DNA of 64,000 bases from an uncultured Conexibacteraceae bacterium (GTDB lineage: Bacteria; Actinomycetota; Thermoleophilia; Solirubrobacterales; 70-9). This document shows, piece by piece, positions 8,459 to 18,830 of the stretch. Where the stretch lies: contig CAZIOS010000003.1 in the NCBI GenBank assembly GCA_964540905.1, positions 43,148 to 107,147 of the forward strand, read 5' to 3'. Made by a program: the position numbers and the translations under genes. Under the pieces are notes generated by a model. The model saw only the letters and a program-made list of their open reading frames with translations. It had not been told where the DNA came from and did not search any database. Numbering within the stretch: position 1 is the first letter of the stretch; each line of letters opens with the position of its first letter.

Positions 8459-9487
8459 ATGGACGAAGAGGCGCGGTTTCCGCGGGTCGCCGCCAAGGCC
8501 GGCCACTACGAGAGCTTCTACCTCAAGGCCTGCGAGCCGGGCGGGGGGCGCGGGCTCTGGATCCGCCACACCGTCCACAAGCGGCCCGGCGCCGAGCCGA
8601 CCGGCTCGATCTGGTTCGTCCTCTTCGACCGCGCCGCGGCGGCGCCGCGGGCGACCAAGGTGACGCTGTCGGCGAGCGAGCTCTCGGCGCCGGCCGGCGC
8701 CTGGATCAGGGTCGGCCCGGCCGAGATCGGCCCCGGCTTCGCCCGCTGCGGTGTTCCTTTTCCCCATATAGAGAGGGAAACGCACACCGATCCGAGCGCG
8801 GGAGCGCCGGCTCCCTCCTGGGAGCTGAGCTTCGCCGGTGACGCCGCGCCCTGCCGCTACCTGCCGGCCGACTGGCTCTACGAGGCGCCGCTGCCGCGGA
8901 CCAAGTTCGTCGCCCCCTTTCCCGACGCCCGCTTCGAGGGACGGCTCGAACTCGACGACGAGACGATCGAGCTCGCCGGCTGGCCGGGGATGATCGGCCA
9001 CAACTGGGGCAGCGAGCACGCCGAGCGCTGGGTCTGGCTCGAGGGCAGCGGCTTTGCCGACGCCCAGGGCACCTACTTCGATGCCGGCGCCGCCCGGGTC
9101 AAGCTCGGCTCCCGCACCTCCCCCTGGATCCCCTCGGGGATGCTGGTGCTGGAAGGCGAGCCGCACCGGCTCGGCGGCCTCGGCGCGATCCGCTCGGCCT
9201 CGATCGAGGCGGCGCCCACCGCCTGCTCCTTCGTCCTCCCCGGCAGGGACGTCGTCGTCCGCGGCCGCGTCGCCGCCCCGGAGAAGGACTTCGTCGGCTG
9301 GGTCTACGCCGACCCCAGGGGGCCCGAGCACAACACCGTCAACTGCTCGGTCGCCGACCTCGAACTGACCGTCGAGCGCCCCGGCCTGCCGCCCCGCGAG
9401 CTGACCCTGGCCGGCGCCGGCGCCTACGAGCTGGGGATGCGCGAGACCGACCACGGCATCCCGATCCAGCCCTACCCGGACGGCTGA
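8459..9487 (+). CDS. conserved hypothetical protein (342 aa)
   Basis: Long high-GC3 ORF with no family recognised. Contains the low-GC palindromic patch at 8749-8789. Confidence 0.65.
   Translation: MDEEARFPRVAAKAGHYESFYLKACEPGGGRGLWIRHTVHKRPGAEPTGSIWFVLFDRAAAAPRATKVTLSASELSAPAGAWIRVGPAEIGPGFARCGVPFPHIERETHTDPSAGAPAPSWELSFAGDAAPCRYLPADWLYEAPLPRTKFVAPFPDARFEGRLELDDETIELAGWPGMIGHNWGSEHAERWVWLEGSGFADAQGTYFDAGAARVKLGSRTSPWIPSGMLVLEGEPHRLGGLGAIRSASIEAAPTACSFVLPGRDVVVRGRVAAPEKDFVGWVYADPRGPEHNTVNCSVADLELTVERPGLPPRELTLAGAGAYELGMRETDHGIPIQPYPDG
8749..8789. repeat. low-GC imperfect palindrome inside a CDS
   Basis: CGGTGTTCCTTTTCCCCATATAGAGAGGGAAACGCACACCG. The arms pair CGGTGT/ACACCG and TTTCCC/GGGAAA. 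It is encoded with codons that are rare here (GTT CCT TTT CAT ATA AGG GAA). Confidence 0.6.
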
Positions 9488-10077
9488 GCGGTTGGCGCCC
9501 CGGCGCCCTCTGCCGCCAGCGCGTCGATCCCCAGCTCGAACATCCGCCGCCAGCCGCCGGGCTCGACCTGCTCGGCGGCGCGCACGGCGCCGAACAGCAG
9601 GCGCAGGTCGGCGGTCGTCGCGTCGGCGCGCAGGCGGCCCTCGGCCTTGGCGGCGTCGAGCAGCAGCTCCAGTGCGGCGCCGGTCAGCGCCCGGGCGCGT
9701 TCGACCTCGGGGTCGGCGGAGAGGCAGGCCATCGCCTCGGCGAGGACGTCGTCGCTGGCCTGGCGCTCGGCGTAGGTGCGCAGCAGCGCCGTCAGCGCCG
9801 CCCAGGGCCCCGCGGGGTTGGCCAGGGCCGCGTCGGCGTCGTGCCGCACCTCCTGCAGCCGCTCGATCACCAGCGCCGCCAGCAGCTCGCGCTTGGAGGG
9901 GAACTGGCGGTAGACGCTGCCGACCCCGGCTCCGGCGGCGGCGGCCACCGCCGGCATCGGCGCGTCGAGACCCTGGCGGGCGAAGACCTCGCCGGCGGCG
10001 CGCAGCAGGGTGGCGCGCTTCCCGGCGGCGTCGAGCTCGGACCAGCAGGCGGTCGCCCCAATGGGCGGAATGGCCAT
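9472..10077 (-). CDS. TetR/AcrR family transcriptional regulator
   Basis: N-terminal HTH RATLLRAAGEVFARQGLDAPMPAVAAAAGAGVGSVYRQFPSKRELL. Divergent from the MFS gene. Confidence 0.85.
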   Translation of the reverse strand: MAIPPIGATACWSELDAAGKRATLLRAAGEVFARQGLDAPMPAVAAAAGAGVGSVYRQFPSKRELLAALVIERLQEVRHDADAALANPAGPWAALTALLRTYAERQASDDVLAEAMACLSADPEVERARALTGAALELLLDAAKAEGRLRADATTADLRLLFGAVRAAEQVEPGGWRRMFELGIDALAAEGAGAPTAQPSG

Positions 10078-10139
10078 TCCGCTACTGTACTTCGCTTCCC
10101 CCGCCGGGTACCAGCCAGCCCCGCCTCCAGTCCCTTTTC

Positions 10140-11588
10140 GTGGCCTCCGAGACCGCCGACCGCACCCACCCCAACGTCACCCTCGCCGTGCTCGCCCTCG
10201 GCGGGCTCGCCTACGCGACGCTGAGCTCGCTGGTGGTGCCGGCGCTGCCGACGATGCAGCGCGAGCTGCACACCACCGAGACCGGGGTCACCTGGCTCCT
10301 CACCGGCTACCTGCTCGCCGCCTCGGTCGGGACGGCGATCATCGGCCGCCTCGGCGACATGTACGGCAAGGAGAAGCTGCTGCTGTGGACGCTGGTCGTC
10401 CTCGCCTTCGGCACCCTGCTCGCCGCCGTCGCCAGCTCGCTGGCGCTGCTGATCGTCGCCCGCTTCATCCAGGGGGTCGCCGGCGGCATCTTCCCGCTCG
10501 CCTTCGGGATCGTCCGCGACGAGTTCCCGGCGGCGAAGGTCGCTGGCGGCATCGGCCTGCTCTCGGCGATCCTCGGCGCCGGCGGCGGCGCCGGGATCGT
10601 CCTCTCCGGCGTGATCATCCAGCACCTCGACTACCACTGGCTGTTCTGGATCCCGCTCGCCGTGACCGTCGTCGCCGCGGTGCTGACCTGGCGCCTGGTC
10701 CCCGAATCGCCGGTGCGCACGCCGGGGCGGGTCAACTGGCTGGCGGCGGCGCTGATGACGATCGGGGTCTCGGCGGTGCTGCTGGCGGTCAGCCAGACGA
10801 CCGAATGGGGCTGGGCAGGCTCGAAGACGATCGGCCTGACGCTGGTCGGCTTCGCCTTCATCGCCGCCTGGGTCGCGGTCGAGGTCCGCAGCGACTCGCC
10901 GCTGGTCGACATGACGATGATGCGGGTGCGTGGGGTCTGGACCACCAACGCCGCCGCCTTCCTGCTCGGCGCCGGTCTCTACGCCTCCTTCATCATCTTC
11001 CCCCAGTTCGCCCAGCTGCCGACCAGGACCGGCTTCGGCTTCGGCTCCTCGGTCGTCGTCTCCGGCCTCTACCTGCTGCCGGCGACGATCGGGATGACGA
11101 TCCTCGGCCTGCGGGCGGGGGCGATCTCGGCCCGCTTCGGCTCGCGGCTGGCGCTGCTGGGCGGGACCGTCTTCTCCACCGCCTCCTTCGCGATGCTCGC
11201 CCTCGCCCACAGCGAGCCCTGGGAGATGCTGGTCGCCGCCGCCCTGCTCGGGGTCGGGATCGGCCTCGCCTTCGCCGCCCTCGGCAACCTCATCGTGCAG
11301 GCGGTGCCGAGCCATCAGACCGGCGTCGCCAGCGGCGTCAACACGGTGATGCGGACGCTCGGCGGCGCCCTCGGCGGCCAGCTCTCGGCCACCTTCATCG
11401 CCGAGAACGTCTCCGGCAACCTGCCGACGGTGACCGGCTTCACCGAGTCGTTCTGGATGGCGACCGGCTTCCTCGTCCTCTGCTTCGGCGCCGGGCTGCT
11501 GGTGCCGAAGGCGTTGGGAGCGCCGCGGGCGGACGAGACGGCGCCGGGAGCGGGCGGCGCGCTCGCGCCCGAGGGCGCCCAGGCCTGA
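10140..11588 (+). CDS. MFS transporter (14-TMS EmrB/QacA-like drug:H+ antiporter)
   Basis: GRLGDMYGKEKLL motif and multiple TM segments. Trimmed from track ORF 9492..11588 to the in-frame GTG at 10140. The upstream 216 codons are Arg-rich and antisense to the TetR gene. Confidence 0.85.
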   Translation: MASETADRTHPNVTLAVLALGGLAYATLSSLVVPALPTMQRELHTTETGVTWLLTGYLLAASVGTAIIGRLGDMYGKEKLLLWTLVVLAFGTLLAAVASSLALLIVARFIQGVAGGIFPLAFGIVRDEFPAAKVAGGIGLLSAILGAGGGAGIVLSGVIIQHLDYHWLFWIPLAVTVVAAVLTWRLVPESPVRTPGRVNWLAAALMTIGVSAVLLAVSQTTEWGWAGSKTIGLTLVGFAFIAAWVAVEVRSDSPLVDMTMMRVRGVWTTNAAAFLLGAGLYASFIIFPQFAQLPTRTGFGFGSSVVVSGLYLLPATIGMTILGLRAGAISARFGSRLALLGGTVFSTASFAMLALAHSEPWEMLVAAALLGVGIGLAFAALGNLIVQAVPSHQTGVASGVNTVMRTLGGALGGQLSATFIAENVSGNLPTVTGFTESFWMATGFLVLCFGAGLLVPKALGAPRADETAPGAGGALAPEGAQA

Positions 11589-11597
11589 GGCCCTCCA

Positions 11598-12725
11598 TTA
11601 CCCCTTGCCGCTGCCGCTGACGACCTTCTGGAAGCTCATCCAGGTGCTGTAGGCGCCGAGCGCGACCTCGAGCTCTTCGCCGCTGACGGTGCTGACCCCG
11701 CCCGTCCCGAAGAGCTTGGCTTCGACGATCCGCGGCGTCACCCCGTGCTTGGTCACGACCACCTGTTTCAGCCGGCCCTCGAGGTAGGCGCCGAGGCGGG
11801 AGCTGAGCTGCGGCCCGCTGAAATGCAGCGTCCACCTGTGCAGCGGGCAGTAGTAGTCGTAGGGGTCGGGGACGCCCTGCAGGTAGGGGACCGCCGGCCC
11901 GCCGAAGACGTTCTGGATGCTCTCGGTGTGGCCGCCCGAGCAGGCCGAGAAGAGGGTCTCGGCGACGTGGCCCCCGTACTCGAGCACCTGGCCGTGGGTC
12001 GCTTCGGCGGCGGCGTTGCTGGTCGTGTACTCGCTTTCCAGCCCTTTGTAGACCTGGCTGCGGGTGTCGGCATAGAGGTCGAAGCCGTTGCCGCCGACCC
12101 CGGCGGTGAGGGCGAAGGAGCGCGAGGCGACCGCCTGCGCCTTCAGCTCCGCCATCGGCCAGGAGGGCGGCGACTCGTTTGGGATCACCCCCTTCACGTA
12201 CTGGTCGACCGCGAGCGCGTTGACGACGTTGAGCGACCCCGACGCTTCTTCGGTCGGCACCGTCTCCAGGGCGCCGCGGTAGCTGCCGAGGCCGGCGATC
12301 GCGATCCTGCCGCCGGACCCGGCGGCGCGCAGCTTCTGGCCGCAGTTGGCGAGCGGCCTGCCGCCGGAGCTGCGCAGCCGCACCGAGCCCCCGACCCGGT
12401 GCGCCTCGTAGCTGCGCTGGGGGTCGAGCGTCTTGCCGCAGGCGCCGCTGGCGTTGCTGAAGAGGACGTCGCCGTCGCTGATCTCGAGCAGGACGCGGAC
12501 GATCCGCGGTCCCGGCAGGGTGCCGATCGCCGTCCCCGGGTAGTAGTGGCCGAGGATGAAGCGGTAGCCCTTGCCGTGCAGGGCGTAGCCGTAGGCCCCG
12601 TAGGCGCTCATGCCGACGCCGTGGCCGAAACCGCGGCCGTGGACGACCCAGCTGACGGCGGCCTCGGCAGGCGCCGGCAGGACGAGCAGGAGGGCGAGCA
12701 TGGTGCTGATCAGTCGCTTGCGCAT
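11598..12725 (-). CDS. SpoIID/LytB domain-containing protein (secreted)
   Basis: Signal peptide, GHGVGMSAYGA, YVKGVIPNE, AQAVASRSFAL and SACSGGHTE motifs. Confidence 0.85.
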   Translation of the reverse strand: MRKRLISTMLALLLVLPAPAEAAVSWVVHGRGFGHGVGMSAYGAYGYALHGKGYRFILGHYYPGTAIGTLPGPRIVRVLLEISDGDVLFSNASGACGKTLDPQRSYEAHRVGGSVRLRSSGGRPLANCGQKLRAAGSGGRIAIAGLGSYRGALETVPTEEASGSLNVVNALAVDQYVKGVIPNESPPSWPMAELKAQAVASRSFALTAGVGGNGFDLYADTRSQVYKGLESEYTTSNAAAEATHGQVLEYGGHVAETLFSACSGGHTESIQNVFGGPAVPYLQGVPDPYDYYCPLHRWTLHFSGPQLSSRLGAYLEGRLKQVVVTKHGVTPRIVEAKLFGTGGVSTVSGEELEVALGAYSTWMSFQKVVSGSGKG

Positions 12726-12783
12726 CTCTGGGTCAACAAGTTCGGGATGGGCGAGTCGCGGCCTGCTCTACCCTGTTCTGGAG

Positions 12784-14229
12784 ATGGCGACGCAGGCGAT
12801 CGAAGCGGTCGACCACAAGCTCCTCGCCGCCGGCGAGTGGAGCGAGAGCGGCGATTGGGGCGAGGTCAAGAGCCCCTACGACGGCAGCGTCGTCGGCCGG
12901 GTCGCGCTCGGCGACGAGGCCACGGTGGAGCGCGCGGTGGCCGCCGCCCACGAGGCCTTCGAGTCCGCCGACTTCCCCCAGCACGAGCGGGCGGCGACGC
13001 TCGACCGCGCCGCCGAGCTGGTCGGCGAGCGGGTCGAGGAGCTGGCGCTGACGATCGCCGCCGAGGCGGGCAAGCCGATCAAGACGGCGACGGTCGAGGC
13101 GCAGCGCTGCGTCGACACCCTCACCTTCTCCGCCACCGAGGCGCGCAAGCTGACCGGCGGCACGGTGCCGATGGAGGCCTCGGCCGCCGGCGTCGGCAAG
13201 CTCGGGGTGATGCTGCGGGTGCCCTACGGGGTGGTCGGCGCGATCAGCCCCTTCAACTTCCCGCTCAACCTGGTCGCCCACAAGCTCGGGCCGGCGATCG
13301 CCGCCGGCAACTCGATCGTCCTCAAGCCCGCCGGCCAGACCCCGATCTCGGCCCTGAAGCTGGCCGCGATCCTCAACGAGGCGGGCCTCCCCGAGGGCTG
13401 GCTCAGCGTCATCCCCGGCCCCGGCTCCAAGGTCGGCAACGCGATCGTCGAGCACGAGCTGACCAAGGCGCTGACCTTCACCGGCTCGGCCGGGGTCGGC
13501 TGGGACATTCGCAGCCGCGTCCCCCACAAGAAGGTCAACCTCGAGCTCGGCTCCAACGCGCCGCTGATCGTCCACTCCGACGGCGACTGGGAGGCGGCCG
13601 CCGACAAAGCCCAGATCCACGCCTTCTCCCACGCCGGCCAGAGCTGCATCTCGATCCAGCGGATCCTCGTCCAGGAGGACGTCGCCGAGGCCTTCACGCA
13701 ACGGCTGGTCGCCAACGTCGCCAAGCTCAAGGTCGGCGACCCGCTCGACCCCGCGACCGACGTCGGCCCGCTGATCACCCCCGACGACCGCGACCGGGTC
13801 AAGGCCTGGGTCGAGGAGGCGGTCGAGGCCGGGGCCGAGCTGCTGAGCGGCGGCGAGCTGGTCGACGAGGGCCGCTGCCTGGCGCCGACCCTGCTGAAGT
13901 CCCCGCCCAAAGAGGCCAAGGTCTGGTGCGAGGAGATCTTCGGCCCGGTGGCGACGATCGACACCTACGGCGAGTTCTCCGAGGCGCTGGCGCTGGCCAA
14001 CGACTCCAAGTTCGGCCTCCAGGCCGGCGTCTTCACCCGCGACATCGGCCGCGGCCTCGAGGCCGGCCGCACGCTCGAGTTCGGCGGCGTCCTGATCAAC
14101 GAGGTGCCGACCTTCCGCGCCGACCAGCAGCCCTACGGCGGCGTCAAGGACTCCGGCAACACCCGCGAGGGGCCGGCTTTCGCAGTCCAGGAGCTCACCG
14201 AGGAGAGGTTCGTCACGCTGCAGGGCTGA
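12784..14229 (+). CDS. aldehyde dehydrogenase family protein
   Basis: FNFPLNLVAHK, LELGSNAP, GQSCISIQRILV and EEIFGPV. Trimmed to ATG 12784 (MATQAIE...). Confidence 0.9.
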   Translation: MATQAIEAVDHKLLAAGEWSESGDWGEVKSPYDGSVVGRVALGDEATVERAVAAAHEAFESADFPQHERAATLDRAAELVGERVEELALTIAAEAGKPIKTATVEAQRCVDTLTFSATEARKLTGGTVPMEASAAGVGKLGVMLRVPYGVVGAISPFNFPLNLVAHKLGPAIAAGNSIVLKPAGQTPISALKLAAILNEAGLPEGWLSVIPGPGSKVGNAIVEHELTKALTFTGSAGVGWDIRSRVPHKKVNLELGSNAPLIVHSDGDWEAAADKAQIHAFSHAGQSCISIQRILVQEDVAEAFTQRLVANVAKLKVGDPLDPATDVGPLITPDDRDRVKAWVEEAVEAGAELLSGGELVDEGRCLAPTLLKSPPKEAKVWCEEIFGPVATIDTYGEFSEALALANDSKFGLQAGVFTRDIGRGLEAGRTLEFGGVLINEVPTFRADQQPYGGVKDSGNTREGPAFAVQELTEERFVTLQG

Positions 14230-14254
14230 TTTCACCCCGTCTCTCTTTCCCTAC

Positions 14255-14288
14255 TATAGTTGGGATATGCAACTTATAGTTGGGATAT
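14255..14288 (+). promoter_or_regulatory. two 14-bp direct repeats, candidate operator for the NTase/HEPN module
   Basis: TATAGTTGGGATAT occurs at 14255-14268 and again at 14275-14288, a 20-bp register. The second copy ends 5 nt before ATG 14293. Confidence 0.4.
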
Positions 14289-14292
14289 AGAG

Positions 14293-14919
14293 ATGGACTT
14301 TCAGCGGCCCATGGGTGTGGTCACGCCGACTCTAGACGGAGATGTCCTCGCCGTGCTGGCGAGAGCCGAAGACGAGTTCAGTGGCCGCCGATTGCACCGG
14401 CTGCTCGGTCACGGGTCGGAGCATGGAGTTCGCAGAGCCGCCGATCGCCTTGTCGATCAGGGCGTCGTCTTGCGGCACCAGGCAGGACAGGCGAAGATGT
14501 ACCGATTGAATCGGGAGCATCTTGCCGCTCCCTACATCGAAGGGCTCTCTTCGCTGCGAGCCCAGCTAATCGGTCGGCTTCGGGAAGCTGTCAGGGATTG
14601 GGACCCGGCACCGCATTCAGTTTTCCTGTTCGGCTCGGTAGCTCGTGGGGAGGCCGGCCCTCAAAGCGATCTCGACCTGCTTGTGATTCGCAGGGATGAA
14701 ACGTCAGAGGAAGAGTCGGCTTGGAGAGACCAGCTCGCGGCTTGCGTGTCAAATGCGACTGGTTGGACCGGCAATGAGGCACGAATCCTTGAGTACGGAG
14801 TGAGAGAGCTGTCAGATGCCTCGGTCCGGCCCTTAATTGAAGAGGTGCTCATCGATGGCATAGCGCTCGGGGGGTCACGCCACGATCTGCGTGTCCTGAT
14901 CGAGCAAGGGGATGCATGA
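14293..14919 (+). CDS. nucleotidyltransferase-domain protein with N-terminal wHTH (MNT-type antitoxin-like)
   Basis: NTase motif FLFGSVARGEAGPQSDLDLLVI with a wHTH-like N-terminus. Clearly lower GC than the flanks. The start is ATG 14293; the track's TTG 14260 lies inside the repeats. Confidence 0.8.
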   Translation: MDFQRPMGVVTPTLDGDVLAVLARAEDEFSGRRLHRLLGHGSEHGVRRAADRLVDQGVVLRHQAGQAKMYRLNREHLAAPYIEGLSSLRAQLIGRLREAVRDWDPAPHSVFLFGSVARGEAGPQSDLDLLVIRRDETSEEESAWRDQLAACVSNATGWTGNEARILEYGVRELSDASVRPLIEEVLIDGIALGGSRHDLRVLIEQGDA

Positions 14920-15319
14920 CGGTTCGCCTTCGAGATTGCGACGATCAAGTCGTCAGCGGGAGGTTCGCGAAGGCGGAGCAGTTCCTCAAGGCCGCCACCA
15001 CCGTACGCGATCTCGCTGAGGATGAAGCCGATGTGGGCGATGCACTCGTGACCCTTTGCGTTCATGCCGGAATCGCCGCCTCGGACGTAATCTGCTGCAA
15101 AGCGCTTGGCCACTTCGCCCAGGGCGACAATCATCTTCTGGCGATTGACGAGCTGTCGAAGGTAACGCCGGACGGGAAGAAGCTGGGAACGATTTGCGCT
15201 TGCTGCTGCAGATGAAGACGCGAGCCGGATACGCAGCGCCGCCGGTCACCGCCGAGCAGCGCAAACGAGCCTGGCGCCGTGCCGAGAACCTGTTGGAAGC
15301 CGCCCGCTCGCGACTTTGA
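14916..15319 (+). pseudogene. HEPN-like partner gene interrupted by a -1 frame change
   Basis: Frame 0 reads MTVRL...DGKKLG, then hits a stop at 15213-15215. The frame at -1 continues NDLRLLLQMKTRAGYAAPPVTAEQRKRAWRRAENLLEAARSRL to TGA 15317-15319. The junction lies near the GGGAA run at 15185-15190. ATGA overlap with the NTase stop. Confidence 0.55.
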
Positions 15320-15327
15320 CTCGACCC

Positions 15328-16656
<1,329 letters not shown>

Positions 16657-16730
16657 CGCTGGTTCGATTGAACCTGGAGCGTATTGACCTCGAACGAGCG
16701 GACGATCCCCTGCCCCAGCGGGGAGCCGGC

Positions 16731-17402
16731 TCAGCGGACCCGGATCGCCCGCGCCAGAATCGGGCTGAGGCTGTGGTCGCGGTCGCCGATCCGGACCTCG
16801 AAGGGCCCCTCGAAGGGCTGGCGGCCGACCATCTCCAGCTCGTCGCCGATGCCGATGCCCTGCTCGCCCAGGTGGCGCAGCACGGCAGGGTCGGAGTCCG
16901 AGACCCGGACCAGGGTCGCCCGCGCCCCCGGCGCCAGGTTGGCGAGGCTGTCGGTCGCGCCCTCGTCGATCGCCAGGTCGCGGCTGGGGATCGGGTCGCC
17001 GTGGGGATCGGCGGAGGGGTCGCCGAGCTTCTCGGCGATCACCTCGATCAGCTCGTCGGAAGCGGCGTGCTCGAGCTCCTCGGCGTAGCCGTGGACCTCG
17101 TCCCAGGGGATATCGAGCGCGCTGACGAGGAAGGCCTCGAGCAGGCGGTGGCGGCGGATCACCCCGAGCGCCAGGCGCTCGCCCTCGGCGGTCAGCTGCA
17201 CCCCTTGGTAGGGGACGTGATCGACCAGGCCGGCCTCGTCGAGCCGCTTCACCATCGTCGAGACCGATCCCGCCGAGAGGCCCAGCCGCTCCGCCAGCTC
17301 GGTCGTGGTCGCGGTTGCGGCAGGGCGCCGGGTCAGCGAGTAGATCGCCTTGACGTAATCCTCGACCGCCGAGGAGGGAGCGCGGGAGCCGGTCGCCTGC
17401 AC
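16731..17402 (-). CDS. DtxR-family metal-dependent regulator (MntR/SirR-like, with C-terminal FeoA/SH3 domain)
   Basis: EDYVKAIYSL, HTH LAERLGLSAGSVSTMVKRL, RRHRLLEAFL, and a C-terminal FeoA-like domain. Divergent from the Nramp gene. Confidence 0.88.
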   Translation of the reverse strand: MQATGSRAPSSAVEDYVKAIYSLTRRPAATATTTELAERLGLSAGSVSTMVKRLDEAGLVDHVPYQGVQLTAEGERLALGVIRRHRLLEAFLVSALDIPWDEVHGYAEELEHAASDELIEVIAEKLGDPSADPHGDPIPSRDLAIDEGATDSLANLAPGARATLVRVSDSDPAVLRHLGEQGIGIGDELEMVGRQPFEGPFEVRIGDRDHSLSPILARAIRVR

Positions 17403-17454
17403 CCGACGAGCATAGCGGCCGAACCCGCTTCCGAAGCCACGTCCAACCTCGGGT

Positions 17455-17473
17455 TTTACTTAGCTTGAATTAA
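17455..17473. promoter_or_regulatory. candidate DtxR-type operator
   Basis: AT-rich TTTACTTAGCTTGAATTAA matches the 19-bp DtxR/IdeR consensus TTAGGTTAGCCTAACCTAA at 12/19 positions. It lies between the regulator and mntH. Confidence 0.35.
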
Positions 17474-17503
17474 GATTTAGTCTCTGGGGACTTTTCTGTT
17501 AGG

Positions 17504-18814
17504 GTGCCCGCAGTGACTGCTCCCGACGGTACCGTCGCCCTTCCCGACACGCCCGCCCTCGGCACCCCCAGCGAGCTCAGGCGCATCCTCTCCCGGGGCC
17601 GGGTGCGGGGCGCCCTGGCGATCATGGGGCCGGCCTTCGTCGCCTCGGTCGCCTACGTCGACCCCGGCAACTTCGCGACCAACTTCGCCAGCGGCGCCAA
17701 GCACGGCTACGAGCTGGTCTGGGTGATCGTGATGGCCAACCTGATGGCGATCCTGGTCCAGTACCTGACCTCGAAGGCGGGCCTTGCGACCGGGCGCAGC
17801 CTGCCGGAGCTCTGCCGCGACGCCTTCCCCCGGCGCGCCAACGCGATGCTCTGGGTCCAGGCCGAGGTGATCGCGATGGCCACCGACCTGGCCGAGTTCG
17901 TCGGCGCCTCGCTCGGCCTCAACCTCGTCTTCGGCGTTCCCCTCTTCACCGCCGGATTGATCACCGCCGTGGTCGCCTTCGCCATCCTCGCGCTCGAGCA
18001 GCGCGGCTACCGCAGGTTCGAGCTGGCGATCGTCGGCCTGCTGGCGATCCTCGGCGCCGGCTTCGTCTACGTCTTCTTCGCCGCCGGCAACCAGGACTAC
18101 GCGGGCATCGCCGGCGGCCTGGTCCCGCGGCTGAGCGGCGGCGACACCCTCGGCCTCACGGTCGGGATCATCGGCGCCACGGTGATGCCGCACGTCATCT
18201 ACCTGCACTCGGCGCTGCAGAAGGACCGGATCCCGGCGGTCGATCGCGCCGAGCGCCGCACCCTGCTGCGCTACAACCGCTGGGACTGCGTCGTCGGCCT
18301 CGGCATCGCCGGCGTCGTCAACCTCTCGATGCTCTGCATCGCCGCTGCGCTCTTCCACCAGCCCGGCCTCAACGGGGTCAGCGACCTGGGCCCGATCCAC
18401 GCCCACCTCGAGACCCTGGTCGGCGGTGGCGCCGCGCTCGCCTTCGGGGTGGCGCTGATGGCCTCGGGCTTCTCCTCCTCCAGCGTCGGCACCTACGCCG
18501 GTCAGGTCGTGATGGCGGGGTTCATGGACTGGCGGATCCCGCTGCTGCTGCGGCGCACCCTGACGATGATCCCCGCCCTGGCCGTCCTGGCGCTGGCGGT
18601 CAACACCGGCCAGGCGCTCGTCTACTCGCAGATCGTCCTCTCCTTCGGCATCCCCTTCGCCCTGGTGCCGCTGCTGCTGGTCACCCGCCGGCCGGAGGTG
18701 ATGGGGGAGATGGTCAACCGGCGGCTGACCAGCAACCTGATGCTGGTCGTGACCCTGGTCATCAGCGCCCTCAACGTCTACCTGCTCTACGAGGCGATCG
18801 CCGGCTCGCTGTGA
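17504..18814 (+). CDS. mntH: Nramp-family divalent metal (Mn2+) transporter
   Basis: DPGNFATN motif, GATVMPHVIYLHS, and about 11 TMS. Confidence 0.92.
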   Translation: MPAVTAPDGTVALPDTPALGTPSELRRILSRGRVRGALAIMGPAFVASVAYVDPGNFATNFASGAKHGYELVWVIVMANLMAILVQYLTSKAGLATGRSLPELCRDAFPRRANAMLWVQAEVIAMATDLAEFVGASLGLNLVFGVPLFTAGLITAVVAFAILALEQRGYRRFELAIVGLLAILGAGFVYVFFAAGNQDYAGIAGGLVPRLSGGDTLGLTVGIIGATVMPHVIYLHSALQKDRIPAVDRAERRTLLRYNRWDCVVGLGIAGVVNLSMLCIAAALFHQPGLNGVSDLGPIHAHLETLVGGGAALAFGVALMASGFSSSSVGTYAGQVVMAGFMDWRIPLLLRRTLTMIPALAVLALAVNTGQALVYSQIVLSFGIPFALVPLLLVTRRPEVMGEMVNRRLTSNLMLVVTLVISALNVYLLYEAIAGSL

Positions 18815-18830
18815 TCCGAGTACCGCCGCG

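Noticed and set aside
11598-12725. SpoIID as evidence of an endospore-forming organism
   Set aside because: SpoIID/LytB-domain proteins are widespread in non-sporulating bacteria. No other sporulation genes were seen.
16657-16730. tRNA-like GGTTCGATTGAACC (T-loop-like) and a reversed GTTC-N4-GAAC motif in the fumC/regulator spacer
   Set aside because: The spacer is only 74 nt and has no acceptor, D or anticodon arm complementarity. The motif order is the reverse of a LexA box.
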